From a virus (Duplodnaviria > Caudoviricetes), in IMG/VR virus record IMGVR_UViG_3300048851_000073, positions 1 through 62,907 of that record: a stretch of 62,907 bases of DNA, one strand, 5' to 3'. The translations under genes were made by a program, and so were the position numbers. Of this stretch, positions 39,412-49,174 are shown in pieces. Each line of letters opens with the position of its first letter. Positions within the stretch are counted from its first letter, which is position 1. The notes under the pieces are model-generated. The model saw nothing but the letters and a program-made list of their open reading frames with translations, was not told the DNA's origin and did not search any database.

Positions 39412-40320
39412 TCATTGTGATGTGGAAGCACTAGCTTCAGGAACCTCTGGGGCTGGTCCTAGATCTGGTTTTGTCAGCAAGAATGTAATGATCTTGCTGA
39501 CCTCAGCTGATCTTGCATCGGCTATTTGATTTCCATCGGGTATTTGACTACACAAACGTTCCGCAGCCAGCGCGTTCTGGACGGTGAGCGGATGTAGAAA
39601 GAAGGCGCGGAGTTCTGCGGCACTTTCGGCGGAGTTCTTTAAGGTGGCATTTGCTACGAACCCAGTCAGCGCAGTCCCTAAAGCGCCGATGATGGCAGCG
39701 GAAATCGATGCTGTCCCACTTGAATTTATCGCAATCAGACTCAAAGTCGCAACAAAGATAAACCCAGCGATCAGGCTCAATAGCGTTGTTTGCCGCGACC
39801 TCGACGCGTAGTTCGTGACGATTCTATGGTACTCCTGCATCTGTTCGCTGTTGGAAATCCAAAGCGACCTATAGTCTGTGACATCTTTCAAGCTGAGCTG
39901 CGACTCCGCTATGCGCTGAAGCCTGTAGGCAGTTTCAAACCGCCGTCGCATCTCGTTGATGACTGGGACATAGACGATCGGTACAAGAGAGAGGATGGCC
40001 GCAGCCAGCGCCGCGTACAACGCCCACACATCCTCCCATGATGTAGCAAACAGGAAATCGACATTATCGGAATTGTCTGCGACTACTATCAAAGCGACGA
40101 AGACGAGAGCAAGAAGGACAATAACGATTGCGACGCCAGCGAAGAATATCCGAATTGTCCCCCTTCTTTGATCTGAGATGCTCCAGGCGTCCAATATATC
40201 TTCGTCGACAATGTCCCGCCCGCTCGTACCGTATACGCGATACGATCTGCTCCTGGTGACGTCCTCCTGTAACTGATCATCGTCGGCGTTGAAATCTGCG
40301 GGCGTGGTCCTATCGCTCAT
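39412..40320 (-). CDS. 4-TM protein resembling TRADD-N-associated membrane domain proteins
   Basis: QMQEYHRIV..SRSRQTTLLSLIAGFIFV..GALGTALTGFV. Confidence 0.55.
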   Translation of the reverse strand: MSDRTTPADFNADDDQLQEDVTRSRSYRVYGTSGRDIVDEDILDAWSISDQRRGTIRIFFAGVAIVIVLLALVFVALIVVADNSDNVDFLFATSWEDVWALYAALAAAILSLVPIVYVPVINEMRRRFETAYRLQRIAESQLSLKDVTDYRSLWISNSEQMQEYHRIVTNYASRSRQTTLLSLIAGFIFVATLSLIAINSSGTASISAAIIGALGTALTGFVANATLKNSAESAAELRAFFLHPLTVQNALAAERLCSQIPDGNQIADARSAEVSKIITFLLTKPDLGPAPEVPEASASTSQ

Positions 40321-40701
40321 GTGGCATGTCCTGACCTTAGCGGGCGAGCGAAGCTATTCCGCCGGATGCTATCAAAGTATCGCCGCGTTAGTCGTCAAAT
40401 TGATTGTTTCGTGTCAACACATTCGTTTCCAAAAAGAATTATATGGGTCTTTTCGTTAGTCTCCACAAGTTATAATCGTGACTGGATGCAATTCATCACG
40501 ACCGCTCACCAAGCGAGCTAAACGCCGCCGCCAAAATGAGGGCGATCGGTTTCATTGACGCAACTGCCACAACAGGCGGCTCTGAGGTGGCGTCGACGGC
40601 CGTTCGCGTCGTGCACTTGCTCAGGTGAAGTGGCGCGGTGCGAGGGGACACCTGGGCAGTGACGCCACACTAGTATCCGCTTTCCATGCAAAGCTGACCC
40701 G

Positions 40702-41643
40702 GTGGATCTACAAAGTACGTGGGCAGACACGCCCACCTTTGCTCGACGTCTACTCATCATCCTGCCCGTGCTTGGACTCGCGACTGCCATTCTCGGCATC
40801 CTCGGTGACACACTGCACTGGTGGGAAGGCTGGGGCTTCTCGATCAACCTGCTGACATCAATCGTCGGGTTCTGTATCGGCGCGCCTGTTGCGTTGATTG
40901 TGCTGAGTGCCATCACCGGGGGTCGGGAGCAGCGTCAGCAGGTCAACCGCACGGCAACCCTGACGAAGGCCGCTTGGGATGACTTTGCTGGCGCTGTCGA
41001 TGCGTTCTGCTCGGATGAGGTGCAGAACGCGCTCGACTCAGTTTGTCAGAAAGTTTACGACGAATATAGTTGGATGGTTCGGAACGTGCAGCTATTTAAG
41101 GCAAGAACACCCATTCAACCTGAACCGCTTCAGCCCATTGATTTCGAGACTTTACAACGTACTATCGAGGCATGGGTTTTAAGAATCCGTCCACTGATGC
41201 GTGAATTAAAAGAGACGCTCGGGTCAGAAAAGCAGCTCCAAGTTAAGTGGGCGCACATACTCGGGAAATGGCGGATACTCGACGAATATGTTCGTGTTCA
41301 GCGATTACAGGATGGATTGCCTTGGTTCGGCGGGGATGTCGATGCTCAGATACTGACGAGTCTGGCACCCGCAATTAATCCAATAAAGCCACTGGCTGAG
41401 TTGTTTTTTTCGTCGTCGTTCATGCCACTAGAAATTAAATCAGTTACAGACGGAGTCGTCACTTTAGAGCGCTGGCCGACCAATACAGAAGAACACGTGC
41501 GCCTCGTGCTCGACCGCAGAGGATGGTTCATGTCAGATCCACCGGGACGTTTCGGTAGCGCCGCCATGGAAGCGTTGAACGAAGTCAGGCAGCTGCGGGA
41601 GGCGATCGACACTGTACGAGCAGAGGGCTGGCCCACCACATGA
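40702..41643 (+). CDS. 2-TM moron protein
   Basis: Two N-terminal TM segments then helical domain. Confidence 0.6.
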   Translation: MDLQSTWADTPTFARRLLIILPVLGLATAILGILGDTLHWWEGWGFSINLLTSIVGFCIGAPVALIVLSAITGGREQRQQVNRTATLTKAAWDDFAGAVDAFCSDEVQNALDSVCQKVYDEYSWMVRNVQLFKARTPIQPEPLQPIDFETLQRTIEAWVLRIRPLMRELKETLGSEKQLQVKWAHILGKWRILDEYVRVQRLQDGLPWFGGDVDAQILTSLAPAINPIKPLAELFFSSSFMPLEIKSVTDGVVTLERWPTNTEEHVRLVLDRRGWFMSDPPGRFGSAAMEALNEVRQLREAIDTVRAEGWPTT

Positions 41644-41776
41644 ATGCGGGGCGCAACAAACACAAGCTAGAGAGCGTCTAACCACCATGGACGGGGAGAT
41701 TTCCGAGATCGCACAGCGCAAGATCGTTGCGGCGCTGGACATGGTGCGGTGGGAGATGGACCTCAACGACGTCGGT

Positions 41777-42577
41777 CTATCTGGGAATGCCGGCCCGATC
41801 AGCGATGAGGTCGAGTGAGCGCATCTTCTTCTGAACGTGCTCTATAAAGTCGCCCAGGGTATCGAGCATTTCGCGTTGCTCACCGTCTAGCACAAAATGC
41901 AGCGTCGGTTTGATTTGAACTGCGGGCTGCGCTAGCTCAAGTGGTTGGGAACTAACGATCTCAATCAGCCGGCCACCTTTGACGATGTCTGCCTCGAAGA
42001 CGGTTATATCGTAATCAGAACTCGCGACCGGCCTCCATCGACCACTGAACTGCAGGGGCTCGACGCCGTAATGAGAGAAACCAATCGCAGCAGTCTTCAT
42101 GTGCTTGTCATCGATGTCTAGCTTGTGAATTGCGAGCAGCGCGGACTGGCGAACAGGAAATTCCTGCTCGTAGGGCTGCAACTTCCGCAGCGCCTCAATA
42201 GTCTCTTCGGAGACTCCAAGGTCGCGCATATCTGTAACCCATTTCTTGAACTTCTTTCCTGTCTCGTAGATGGGAAAGTACACGCGCTTTGAGTTCGGTT
42301 CACCACCGAGCTCTGCAGTGACGCGTTCCCACATCCAAATGTCGAGTGCCGACCTCATCGTGTGGATGGAATCTCCGAAAATGCACGCCCACTGATCGAG
42401 GTCGGGCGGCTCTTTTACAACAAAGTCCAGCGTGATGTGCCGCCCATCGGCCGGGTCGAACCTCAGCTCGGTGGATTTAGCGAACCAATCGGTCACCGTC
42501 TGAGACAGCGCCGTTGCGTGCTCGCAAGATCTGTTTATCTTGCTCTGAACCGCAGCGCTGAATACTTGGCCCATCAC
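41777..42577 (-). CDS. Hypothetical protein, possibly HEPN-like
   Basis: GDSIHTMRSALD, YFPI, LQPY, LDIDDKH. Confidence 0.5.
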   Translation of the reverse strand: MMGQVFSAAVQSKINRSCEHATALSQTVTDWFAKSTELRFDPADGRHITLDFVVKEPPDLDQWACIFGDSIHTMRSALDIWMWERVTAELGGEPNSKRVYFPIYETGKKFKKWVTDMRDLGVSEETIEALRKLQPYEQEFPVRQSALLAIHKLDIDDKHMKTAAIGFSHYGVEPLQFSGRWRPVASSDYDITVFEADIVKGGRLIEIVSSQPLELAQPAVQIKPTLHFVLDGEQREMLDTLGDFIEHVQKKMRSLDLIADRAGIPR

Positions 42578-42683
42578 TCCATCCTCTCATTGTCTGTTCC
42601 GGGCATCCTACCTCCTCGCGTTTGTGATTGCTATTGATTTACTACCAACGATGGTTGTATCTTTAACGTAGAGATACATCTAC

Positions 42684-43604
42684 ATGACACTTGATAAACG
42701 ATTAAAGCTATACACAACTAAAATTAAATCAGTCGACGAGGGTAATAAGTCGATTCGCTTCCGCATCAGTGACGACAGCATCGATCGTTACGGCGAAAAA
42801 GTTGACCAGTCCTGGAACCTCAAGAACTTCCTGAAGAACCCAATCGGGCTCTGGAATCACAAGAGCTACGACGTCGAGCCGGAAGACGTGCTCGGTCAGT
42901 GGAGCGACATCAAGTCCGAGGACGATGGCACTTACGGCACGCTGACCTTCGACACGGACATCAACCCGAAGGCTCTTACGGTCTTCCAGCAGTACGTCAA
43001 AGGCACCCTTCGCTGTGTAAGCGTCGGCTTCATCCCTCACTCACTCGAGTTCGAGGACGACACACCTGTGCTCAAGGACAACGAGCTGCTCGAAGTCTCG
43101 TGCGTTCCTATCCCCGCCAACGCCAACGCCGTTGCGCTTGCGCTCAAAGACAAGTCGCTCAACGTCAAAGACGCCCAGTGGATGCTGCGTTCGATGCAAG
43201 AGGCATCGACAAACTTAGAAGAACAACTGAAGAAGAACGCGCCGACAGACGGCGAGGAGACCAAAGTGGAAGAAGTTAAAGAACAACTCAAGTCAATCAA
43301 CGATCTGATCACCAGTATGAGCGAGGCTGTGACGACCCTGTCCACCAGTGTCGAGACTATCAACACCGAGCTGGGTGAAGTGAAATCCACTGTTGCCGAG
43401 TTGAAGCCAGCTGAAGCTCCCGTTGTTGAAGAACCTAATAGGGACGACGTCAAGACAGACGACGCGACTCCACCAGCTAAGGACGGCGAAGACGACCAGT
43501 CCGGTGCCGGTGAGGACGAGTTCGATGAAGACGCTGAACTTACCCCGGAGATCCAAGCGCAGATCGATGCAGAGTTTGCAGACGCAGACGCATCAAAAGA
43601 GTAA
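42684..43604 (+). CDS. HK97-type prohead protease with acidic scaffold-like tail
   Basis: DRYGE, LWNH, VSVGF, LLEVSCVPIPAN. Confidence 0.93.
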   Translation: MTLDKRLKLYTTKIKSVDEGNKSIRFRISDDSIDRYGEKVDQSWNLKNFLKNPIGLWNHKSYDVEPEDVLGQWSDIKSEDDGTYGTLTFDTDINPKALTVFQQYVKGTLRCVSVGFIPHSLEFEDDTPVLKDNELLEVSCVPIPANANAVALALKDKSLNVKDAQWMLRSMQEASTNLEEQLKKNAPTDGEETKVEEVKEQLKSINDLITSMSEAVTTLSTSVETINTELGEVKSTVAELKPAEAPVVEEPNRDDVKTDDATPPAKDGEDDQSGAGEDEFDEDAELTPEIQAQIDAEFADADASKE

Positions 43605-43635
43605 CAACTTATTTGTGCACCCAAGGGGGGTGATA

Positions 43636-44730
43636 ATGAAAACAACTATCAAGGAATACACAGCTAAAAAAGTAGCTGATGCTATTAAAGAAAAATCAAA
43701 AGACCAGACACCAGGCGCGCCGACTGACTCTCCAACCATCGTTGAGACAGACGAAAGCAAAAGCCGCGAAATCAACAAAGGATTCTTCTCGGCACTAGCT
43801 GCCCAAGACGGCGCAGCAATGGCGCAGGCTCAGAAAAAGATCCGCGAAGAGTACAAGCAAAAAGCTCAGACGATCGGCGTCGATGCTGAAGGTGGCATCC
43901 TTGTACCGCTCACTGTCGACCAGAACATCTCTCGTCAGCTTGAGTACATCAGCCCAATCCGCACGATCGCCCGCGTGATCACCAACGCTCCTGCCAAACT
44001 CCGCTTGCCATCAGCAACCGGCGGCGCCGCTTACTGGGTAGCAGAGGCTGCGACGATCAACACCACTGCGGTGACGTTCGCTAGCAAAGACCTTGTACCT
44101 GAGAAGCTTGCCTCGATCATCCCTGGCATCACACTTGAGTTCCTGCAGGACGCAGCGATCAACCCAAGTGCACAAGCACTGCTGGAATCACAGCTTGCAA
44201 CGAAGGCCGCTCTCAAAGAGAACGATGCGTTCGTCAACGGCGACGGCACAGACAAGCCGTTCGGCTTCCGCTCAAGTGCAGTGACTCCATACAGCCAGAC
44301 ACAAGCTGGTGCGGCGCTCGGCTACGGGGACCTCGTTGCTCTGATGTTCAAACTCCCAACTGCGTACCGCAACCAGGGTGTCTTCGTCATGAGCTCAGTC
44401 GCGCTGGCCAAACTGATTGGCATGGAGGACGAGCAGGGTCGACCTCTGTTCATTCCGAGCATCACAGAAGGCGCAGGCGGAACTCTGCTTGGCCGACCTG
44501 TCGTGATCGTCGACGAGATCCCAGCCAACGTCGGTACAGGCGGAAACAAGACCGAGATCTGGTACGGAGTCTTTAGTGACTACGTGATCGGCGATCGTCT
44601 TGGAACGACCTTCGACCTCGGCACAGCTGGTGACGACTTCAACAAGGCGCAGTACACACTACGCATGTTGAAGCGAGTCGGCGGAATACCAACATCAAAT
44701 AATTTCGCGAAACTTGTGGACGTCGCTTGA
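43636..44730 (+). CDS. Major capsid protein (HK97 fold)
   Basis: EGGILVP, AYWVAE, FVNGDG, TLLGRPV; start moved to MKTTIK. Confidence 0.93.
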   Translation: MKTTIKEYTAKKVADAIKEKSKDQTPGAPTDSPTIVETDESKSREINKGFFSALAAQDGAAMAQAQKKIREEYKQKAQTIGVDAEGGILVPLTVDQNISRQLEYISPIRTIARVITNAPAKLRLPSATGGAAYWVAEAATINTTAVTFASKDLVPEKLASIIPGITLEFLQDAAINPSAQALLESQLATKAALKENDAFVNGDGTDKPFGFRSSAVTPYSQTQAGAALGYGDLVALMFKLPTAYRNQGVFVMSSVALAKLIGMEDEQGRPLFIPSITEGAGGTLLGRPVVIVDEIPANVGTGGNKTEIWYGVFSDYVIGDRLGTTFDLGTAGDDFNKAQYTLRMLKRVGGIPTSNNFAKLVDVA

Positions 44731-44748
44731 CGAGAATAGGAGAATATT

Positions 44749-45108
44749 ATGACACTAGTAACATTTAATGTAGACCAATACCCATACTGCAAGGGTGACA
44801 CGGTCGACCTAGACAAAGATCAGCTCGAAGCTGTTAAAGCTGAATCTGAACGGCGCGGGGTCAAAGACACGTACACAACAGGTGAGGCTGCTCCCTCAGA
44901 AGATGTGAGCGCTCCTGATGTGCGTGCCGACTTCGCCGCTCAAGAACGCGTTCAGGCTGAGTTCAATGCCCAGGCGAAGGCGGAACGCGAAGAGCGCGAA
45001 GCCATCCGTGCTGAGTCAGACGCAGGCGTCGCGACTGAAGATGCAGTTGAAGCACCACTAGTCGTGGAGCCAACTCTCAAAGCCAAGCAGTCAAAGGCGA
45101 GTAAGTAG
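44749..45108 (+). CDS. Hypothetical protein (head region)
   Basis: SD AGGAG, follows capsid. Confidence 0.65.
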   Translation: MTLVTFNVDQYPYCKGDTVDLDKDQLEAVKAESERRGVKDTYTTGEAAPSEDVSAPDVRADFAAQERVQAEFNAQAKAEREEREAIRAESDAGVATEDAVEAPLVVEPTLKAKQSKASK

Positions 45109-45110
45109 TC

Positions 45111-45431
45111 ATGAGCCGATTGAAAACCGCATGGAACTCGCTTGCCGGTACTACCGGGAAGACCTCGCGTTCGGCCATTGAAGCACTCGCAGCCAAAGGT
45201 GCTGTCGTAGGAACAAGCAAGATCGTCACGAAAACCGTGACAGTTGCCCTTGGTCAGACGACCGGCACGGTCACGGTCGTGACTGGCTCAACCATTCTGG
45301 GCTTCTACCCAGCGGGCAACCAGGATCAGTTCGTCGACAGTGTGGCGATTGCAACGACCGTCTGCACAGTCACATTGGCTGCAGCAGCAACGGCCGCCAA
45401 TACGTACAAAGTTGTGGTTCTCGAACCGTAA
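45111..45431 (+). CDS. Putative head decoration protein
   Basis: Thr/Val/Ala-rich; terminator at 45449-45478. Confidence 0.5.
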   Translation: MSRLKTAWNSLAGTTGKTSRSAIEALAAKGAVVGTSKIVTKTVTVALGQTTGTVTVVTGSTILGFYPAGNQDQFVDSVAIATTVCTVTLAAAATAANTYKVVVLEP

Positions 45432-45490
45432 TCCGTACGCGCACAATAGAACGTCCATCTATCCACGATGGACGTTTTGTTTTATATTGA

Positions 45491-46069
45491 ATGCAGATGA
45501 GCACGATAATCACAGCTGAACAACTCAAGTCCATCAACCCAGCAGTCAACGACGTCGTAGGAGGGCTTGTCGCAGACGCTGTGAACGCTTACGTCGAGAA
45601 CGTGACGAGCCGGTGCTGGGGCGAGACGAAGACCGTCACAGAGCGTTACGACGCGTCAGACATTATTTGGCTGCGGCACATGGACGTAAAGACTGTCGAC
45701 GCTGTGAAGTCGGGCTACCCGAACCAGGATCAGACAACGTACGAAGCGGCTCACTACTACTGCTCGCCAGAAGGCCGGTTAGTCCTGAGAAACGGGTACA
45801 GCTCCCGGTGGGCCACGCACCCGACTGACTACCTCGAAGTCACCTACACCTATGGGACTGATGATGTGCCGGCTGACCTAGTGCTCGCCGGTCTCGGCAT
45901 CGCTGCCGGCTACTACGAGTATTTGTCCAACGGAGGGCGGGAGGTGAACCGCGCCCAGGTTGGCAGCTACATGGTGCAGTATGCCGCAGGTGGTGGCGAT
46001 CCAACGCAAGCCGACACAGTGACCCGTGACATGAAGGTGGTGAATTCGTACGCCCTTCGGAGGGTGTGA
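45491..46069 (+). CDS. Head-tail adaptor
   Basis: EVTYTYG..VPADL; position in operon. Confidence 0.75.
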   Translation: MQMSTIITAEQLKSINPAVNDVVGGLVADAVNAYVENVTSRCWGETKTVTERYDASDIIWLRHMDVKTVDAVKSGYPNQDQTTYEAAHYYCSPEGRLVLRNGYSSRWATHPTDYLEVTYTYGTDDVPADLVLAGLGIAAGYYEYLSNGGREVNRAQVGSYMVQYAAGGGDPTQADTVTRDMKVVNSYALRRV

Positions 46070-46070
46070 C

Positions 46071-46382
46071 GTGCTGCTGCTCAACCACACGTCTGACATC
46101 TGGCGAACCCAATCGGTCGGAACGAATGGCCGTAGCGAGCTGAGGTCTCTGTACGCCGGAGTACGCTGCCTCGTCCTGCCAATGGGAGCCAACGCGACCA
46201 TCCAGAACGATCTGCAGGTGGGTCGTGCGTACGAAGTCCAGTTCGGCCCTGATGCTGACATCCAAGTCGGAGACCGCATCGTCTGGAACGGCTCGAACCT
46301 ATCTGTGAAGTACGTCCGTGACTACCGGAACACTCCACCAGTCAGCCATTTCGAGGCTGTGTGCGAACAGGAGGTCGCCTGA
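46071..46382 (+). CDS. Head closure (stopper) protein
   Basis: DIQVGDRI; position. Confidence 0.65.
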   Translation: MLLLNHTSDIWRTQSVGTNGRSELRSLYAGVRCLVLPMGANATIQNDLQVGRAYEVQFGPDADIQVGDRIVWNGSNLSVKYVRDYRNTPPVSHFEAVCEQEVA

Positions 46383-46849
46383 TGCCCCTGATCTCGATCG
46401 ACGTGGACTCGCGGCAAGTCCAGATGATGCTCAAAGTCGCACCTGACAAGGTGAACGACCGACTTAAGCGTGTCCTGAACGTCGTGGCGATCGAGACGCA
46501 GCGTGAAATGCGTATTGCTGCACCTGTCGCCGTTACAGGTGATCTTCGTCAGTCGGTGAAGTGGGACGTGACCGGGCTGACGGCAACGATCGGACCGACC
46601 GCCAAGCATGCCGAGTTTGTCGAGAAGGGCACACGTCCACACTGGACAAGCGCCCGGCCTGGATCATCTCTGTACAAGTGGGCTTCCCTCAAGGGAATCT
46701 CGCCGTACGCGGTACAGCGCTCGATTGCCCTCAAGGGCACCAAGGCGCATCCGTTCGTAGAGCCGACACACACGCTCATGGAGCCTCGCATCATCCGACG
46801 CTTTGATTCTGAGATTGAAAAGCTGACCTCGGAGTTGAGCGATGGGTAA
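46382..46849 (+). CDS. HK97 gp10-like protein
   Basis: APVAVTGDLRQS, AEFVEKGTRPH, GTKAHPF. Confidence 0.85.
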   Translation: MPLISIDVDSRQVQMMLKVAPDKVNDRLKRVLNVVAIETQREMRIAAPVAVTGDLRQSVKWDVTGLTATIGPTAKHAEFVEKGTRPHWTSARPGSSLYKWASLKGISPYAVQRSIALKGTKAHPFVEPTHTLMEPRIIRRFDSEIEKLTSELSDG

Positions 46850-47315
46850 GTCTGTCGCGATCAAGAACGCAGTTGTAGAGCTGCTGACGGGGTTGCAGTA
46901 CAAGGGGGAGCCAGCCTTCGCTCATGTCACGGATAGTACTGCCGATGACTTCAAGGCCTACCCGATCGTGCGTGTCCTCCCGCAGTTTGTTGACAACGAT
47001 AAAGACTCGTTCAGCCAGATGAATCGGGGCGTGAATCTGCAGGTTGTGGTGTTCCTGAAGCTAGAAGACTCGACAAGAATTCAGGGACAGACCATTGATC
47101 AGATGCTCGATCTCACGGACATCCTGCTTGACACGCTCGACGAAGGCGATGACACCAACGCGTTAGAAACCATCGATCCGTCACTCAATACCTACATCAT
47201 GAAGGCAACCCGCGCCGACTGGGACCCGGTCGATAGTAAGGGTGGTGCAATGTTGATGCTGGTTATCGCGGTGGAGGTTTCCTATTTAAAAGAACTAAGT
47301 AATGGAGTAGGTTAA
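46842..47315 (+). CDS. Tail terminator
   Basis: Position and size. Confidence 0.6.
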   Translation: MGKSVAIKNAVVELLTGLQYKGEPAFAHVTDSTADDFKAYPIVRVLPQFVDNDKDSFSQMNRGVNLQVVVFLKLEDSTRIQGQTIDQMLDLTDILLDTLDEGDDTNALETIDPSLNTYIMKATRADWDPVDSKGGAMLMLVIAVEVSYLKELSNGVG

Positions 47316-47319
47316 ATAT

Positions 47320-47490
47320 ATGAAGACTGACGAAGATAAGAAAGAGGCAACTACAAAGAAGCTGAAAGGCGAGCGAAACAAGTACTTCGTTCCTAATTTC
47401 GGCGAGATCGAGGCCTCCGATCTTGATGATCTAGAGAAGCAAGTTAACAAACTAAAGGAAAAGCAAGAGGCAGGTGATGGCAACATTTGA
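47320..47490 (+). CDS. 56-aa charged protein
   Basis: Hand-translated MKTDEDKK...; fills the gap before the tail tube gene. Confidence 0.5.
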   Translation: MKTDEDKKEATTKKLKGERNKYFVPNFGEIEASDLDDLEKQVNKLKEKQEAGDGNI

Positions 47491-48442
47491 ACCATATATA
47501 GGCAGGCGTGAGGCCGTAGGGCTCGGCATTGGGGCAAGTCCTGAAACCACGGTGGCTCCCCAATACTGGATGCGGTGGCTTGACAACGACGTCCAACCAA
47601 AGACGGAAATCATCGAGAACGAGAGCGCCATGGGTGTGGTCGAGAAAATAAACGACAGCGAGGTAGTCGGTAAGTGGGTAGAAGGCACGCTGGGCGGCAA
47701 GGTCACCGACATCGGTATCGGGTTCCCGTTGCTCGGGTTCTTTGGCTCTGTCAGCACCGGCGCTGCGGTGAGCGGCAAATATCCGCATACCTTCAACGTC
47801 AACCAGTCCAGCATCCCGCCAGCGATGACGCTCGCAAAGTCTGGCCCATCTGGCTCGAAACGGCACCCGTACCTGACCTTCGATTCGTTCGAACTTACTG
47901 CTGAGAAGCAAGGCTGGGTGCAGTTCAGCTCCTCCGTCAAAGCTCGCGTAGGGACGACATCGACAGAGACAGTCGCGCTTACCTCAGGCGAATTGGAGTT
48001 CACCAGCAAAAACATCGTGCTCAAGACAGCCGCCAACACGGCGGGTCTCGCGGCATCTACTGCAGTCGACGCTCTCAGTCTGAAGCTCAACCTCGAACGA
48101 TCATCTGAGGCGTTCTTCCCACTGGGCGGTGACGACAATCCAAAGTTCGACCGCGGTGCGGTTGAAGCCAAGGGTGAGTTCGTCATTCGATACAACAACA
48201 CGGATCTCGAGGATGACTACCTGAACAACGTCATCAAGGCGCTGAGCATCACACTCACGAACGGGACGACATCCCTTGCGTTCACGGCCGGCAAAGTCCG
48301 TTTCACTGAGCTGGAGCGATCAAGCGACAAGGATGAGATCGTCACCCAGACCATCAGCTTCTCGTGCCAGCTCGACACAGCTACGAGCAAGACGATCACT
48401 GCGGTGTTGACAAACACGCGTGCCAGCTACGTGGCAGCGTAA
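47477..48442 (+). CDS. Major tail tube protein
   Basis: YIGRREAVGLG..TTVAP, HTF, LTNTRASY; terminator at 48460-48488. Confidence 0.82.
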   Translation: MATFEPYIGRREAVGLGIGASPETTVAPQYWMRWLDNDVQPKTEIIENESAMGVVEKINDSEVVGKWVEGTLGGKVTDIGIGFPLLGFFGSVSTGAAVSGKYPHTFNVNQSSIPPAMTLAKSGPSGSKRHPYLTFDSFELTAEKQGWVQFSSSVKARVGTTSTETVALTSGELEFTSKNIVLKTAANTAGLAASTAVDALSLKLNLERSSEAFFPLGGDDNPKFDRGAVEAKGEFVIRYNNTDLEDDYLNNVIKALSITLTNGTTSLAFTAGKVRFTELERSSDKDEIVTQTISFSCQLDTATSKTITAVLTNTRASYVAA

Positions 48443-48508
48443 ACCCTCATTGACTAAAGATTGCCCCCGTTGTTAAATGGGGGCAATTACTTTAATGGAG
48501 AACCATGA

Positions 48509-49080
48509 ATGACTTTGAATATTACTGCTGAGCGTCGCGTCGACATATCGGACTATGGCAAAGGTTGGGACAACTGCTACCTGACGGTCAAGTCAATGAA
48601 CCCGAAAGCTCTCAAGGACTGGCAGGAAATGGTCGAAGCAGAGCAGACCGGTGACGAGACGATCGATAGTCTTTATGCAGAGAAACTGAAGACCGTTCTA
48701 GTCGGTGGCGTTATCATGAACACGAACGATGACGGTGTTGCTGAACGATATACGATCGAACCAGAAGACATCGCTGATGTAGTTGAGGCGCTCGGACCTG
48801 TCTTTAAACAACGCGCTCTAATGGTCGCTGCAGGTACCTACGGTTTAAAAGGCCTCTAGCTGATATCGCTAGAGACATTGAGGACGTGATCGTCCGCGAT
48901 ATCCGAGCGACTATCGACCCTGAATTGTTGGATGCCATAGTTGCTGAGCGGTATAAGGATCGCCGGCACCTCAGTACACGTGAGTTCGACGATGAACCGT
49001 GGGAAGCTATTTGGATGGCAACCACTTTATGGGCGGCCGATGCTAAGCGTCAGGACAAAGATAACAAACCTCGGGCGTGA
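48509..49080 (+). CDS. Tail assembly chaperones G (48509-48859) and GT via -1 frameshift
   Basis: Slippery T TTA AAA at 48844-48850; -1 frame open to 49080; directly before tape measure. Confidence 0.82.
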
Positions 49081-49174
49081 CCGTATGGCCAGTAACTATC
49101 ATGCGTGTTAATTTAGAAATAGAAAGATAGGCCAGGCACCAGCCACTAAGTAGCCTTCTGAGATTTACCGCCTA

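Noticed and set aside
43423-43635. Extended capsid N-terminus from the ORF track
   Set aside because: Overlaps the protease gene; ATG 43636 has a good SD-like sequence and fits better
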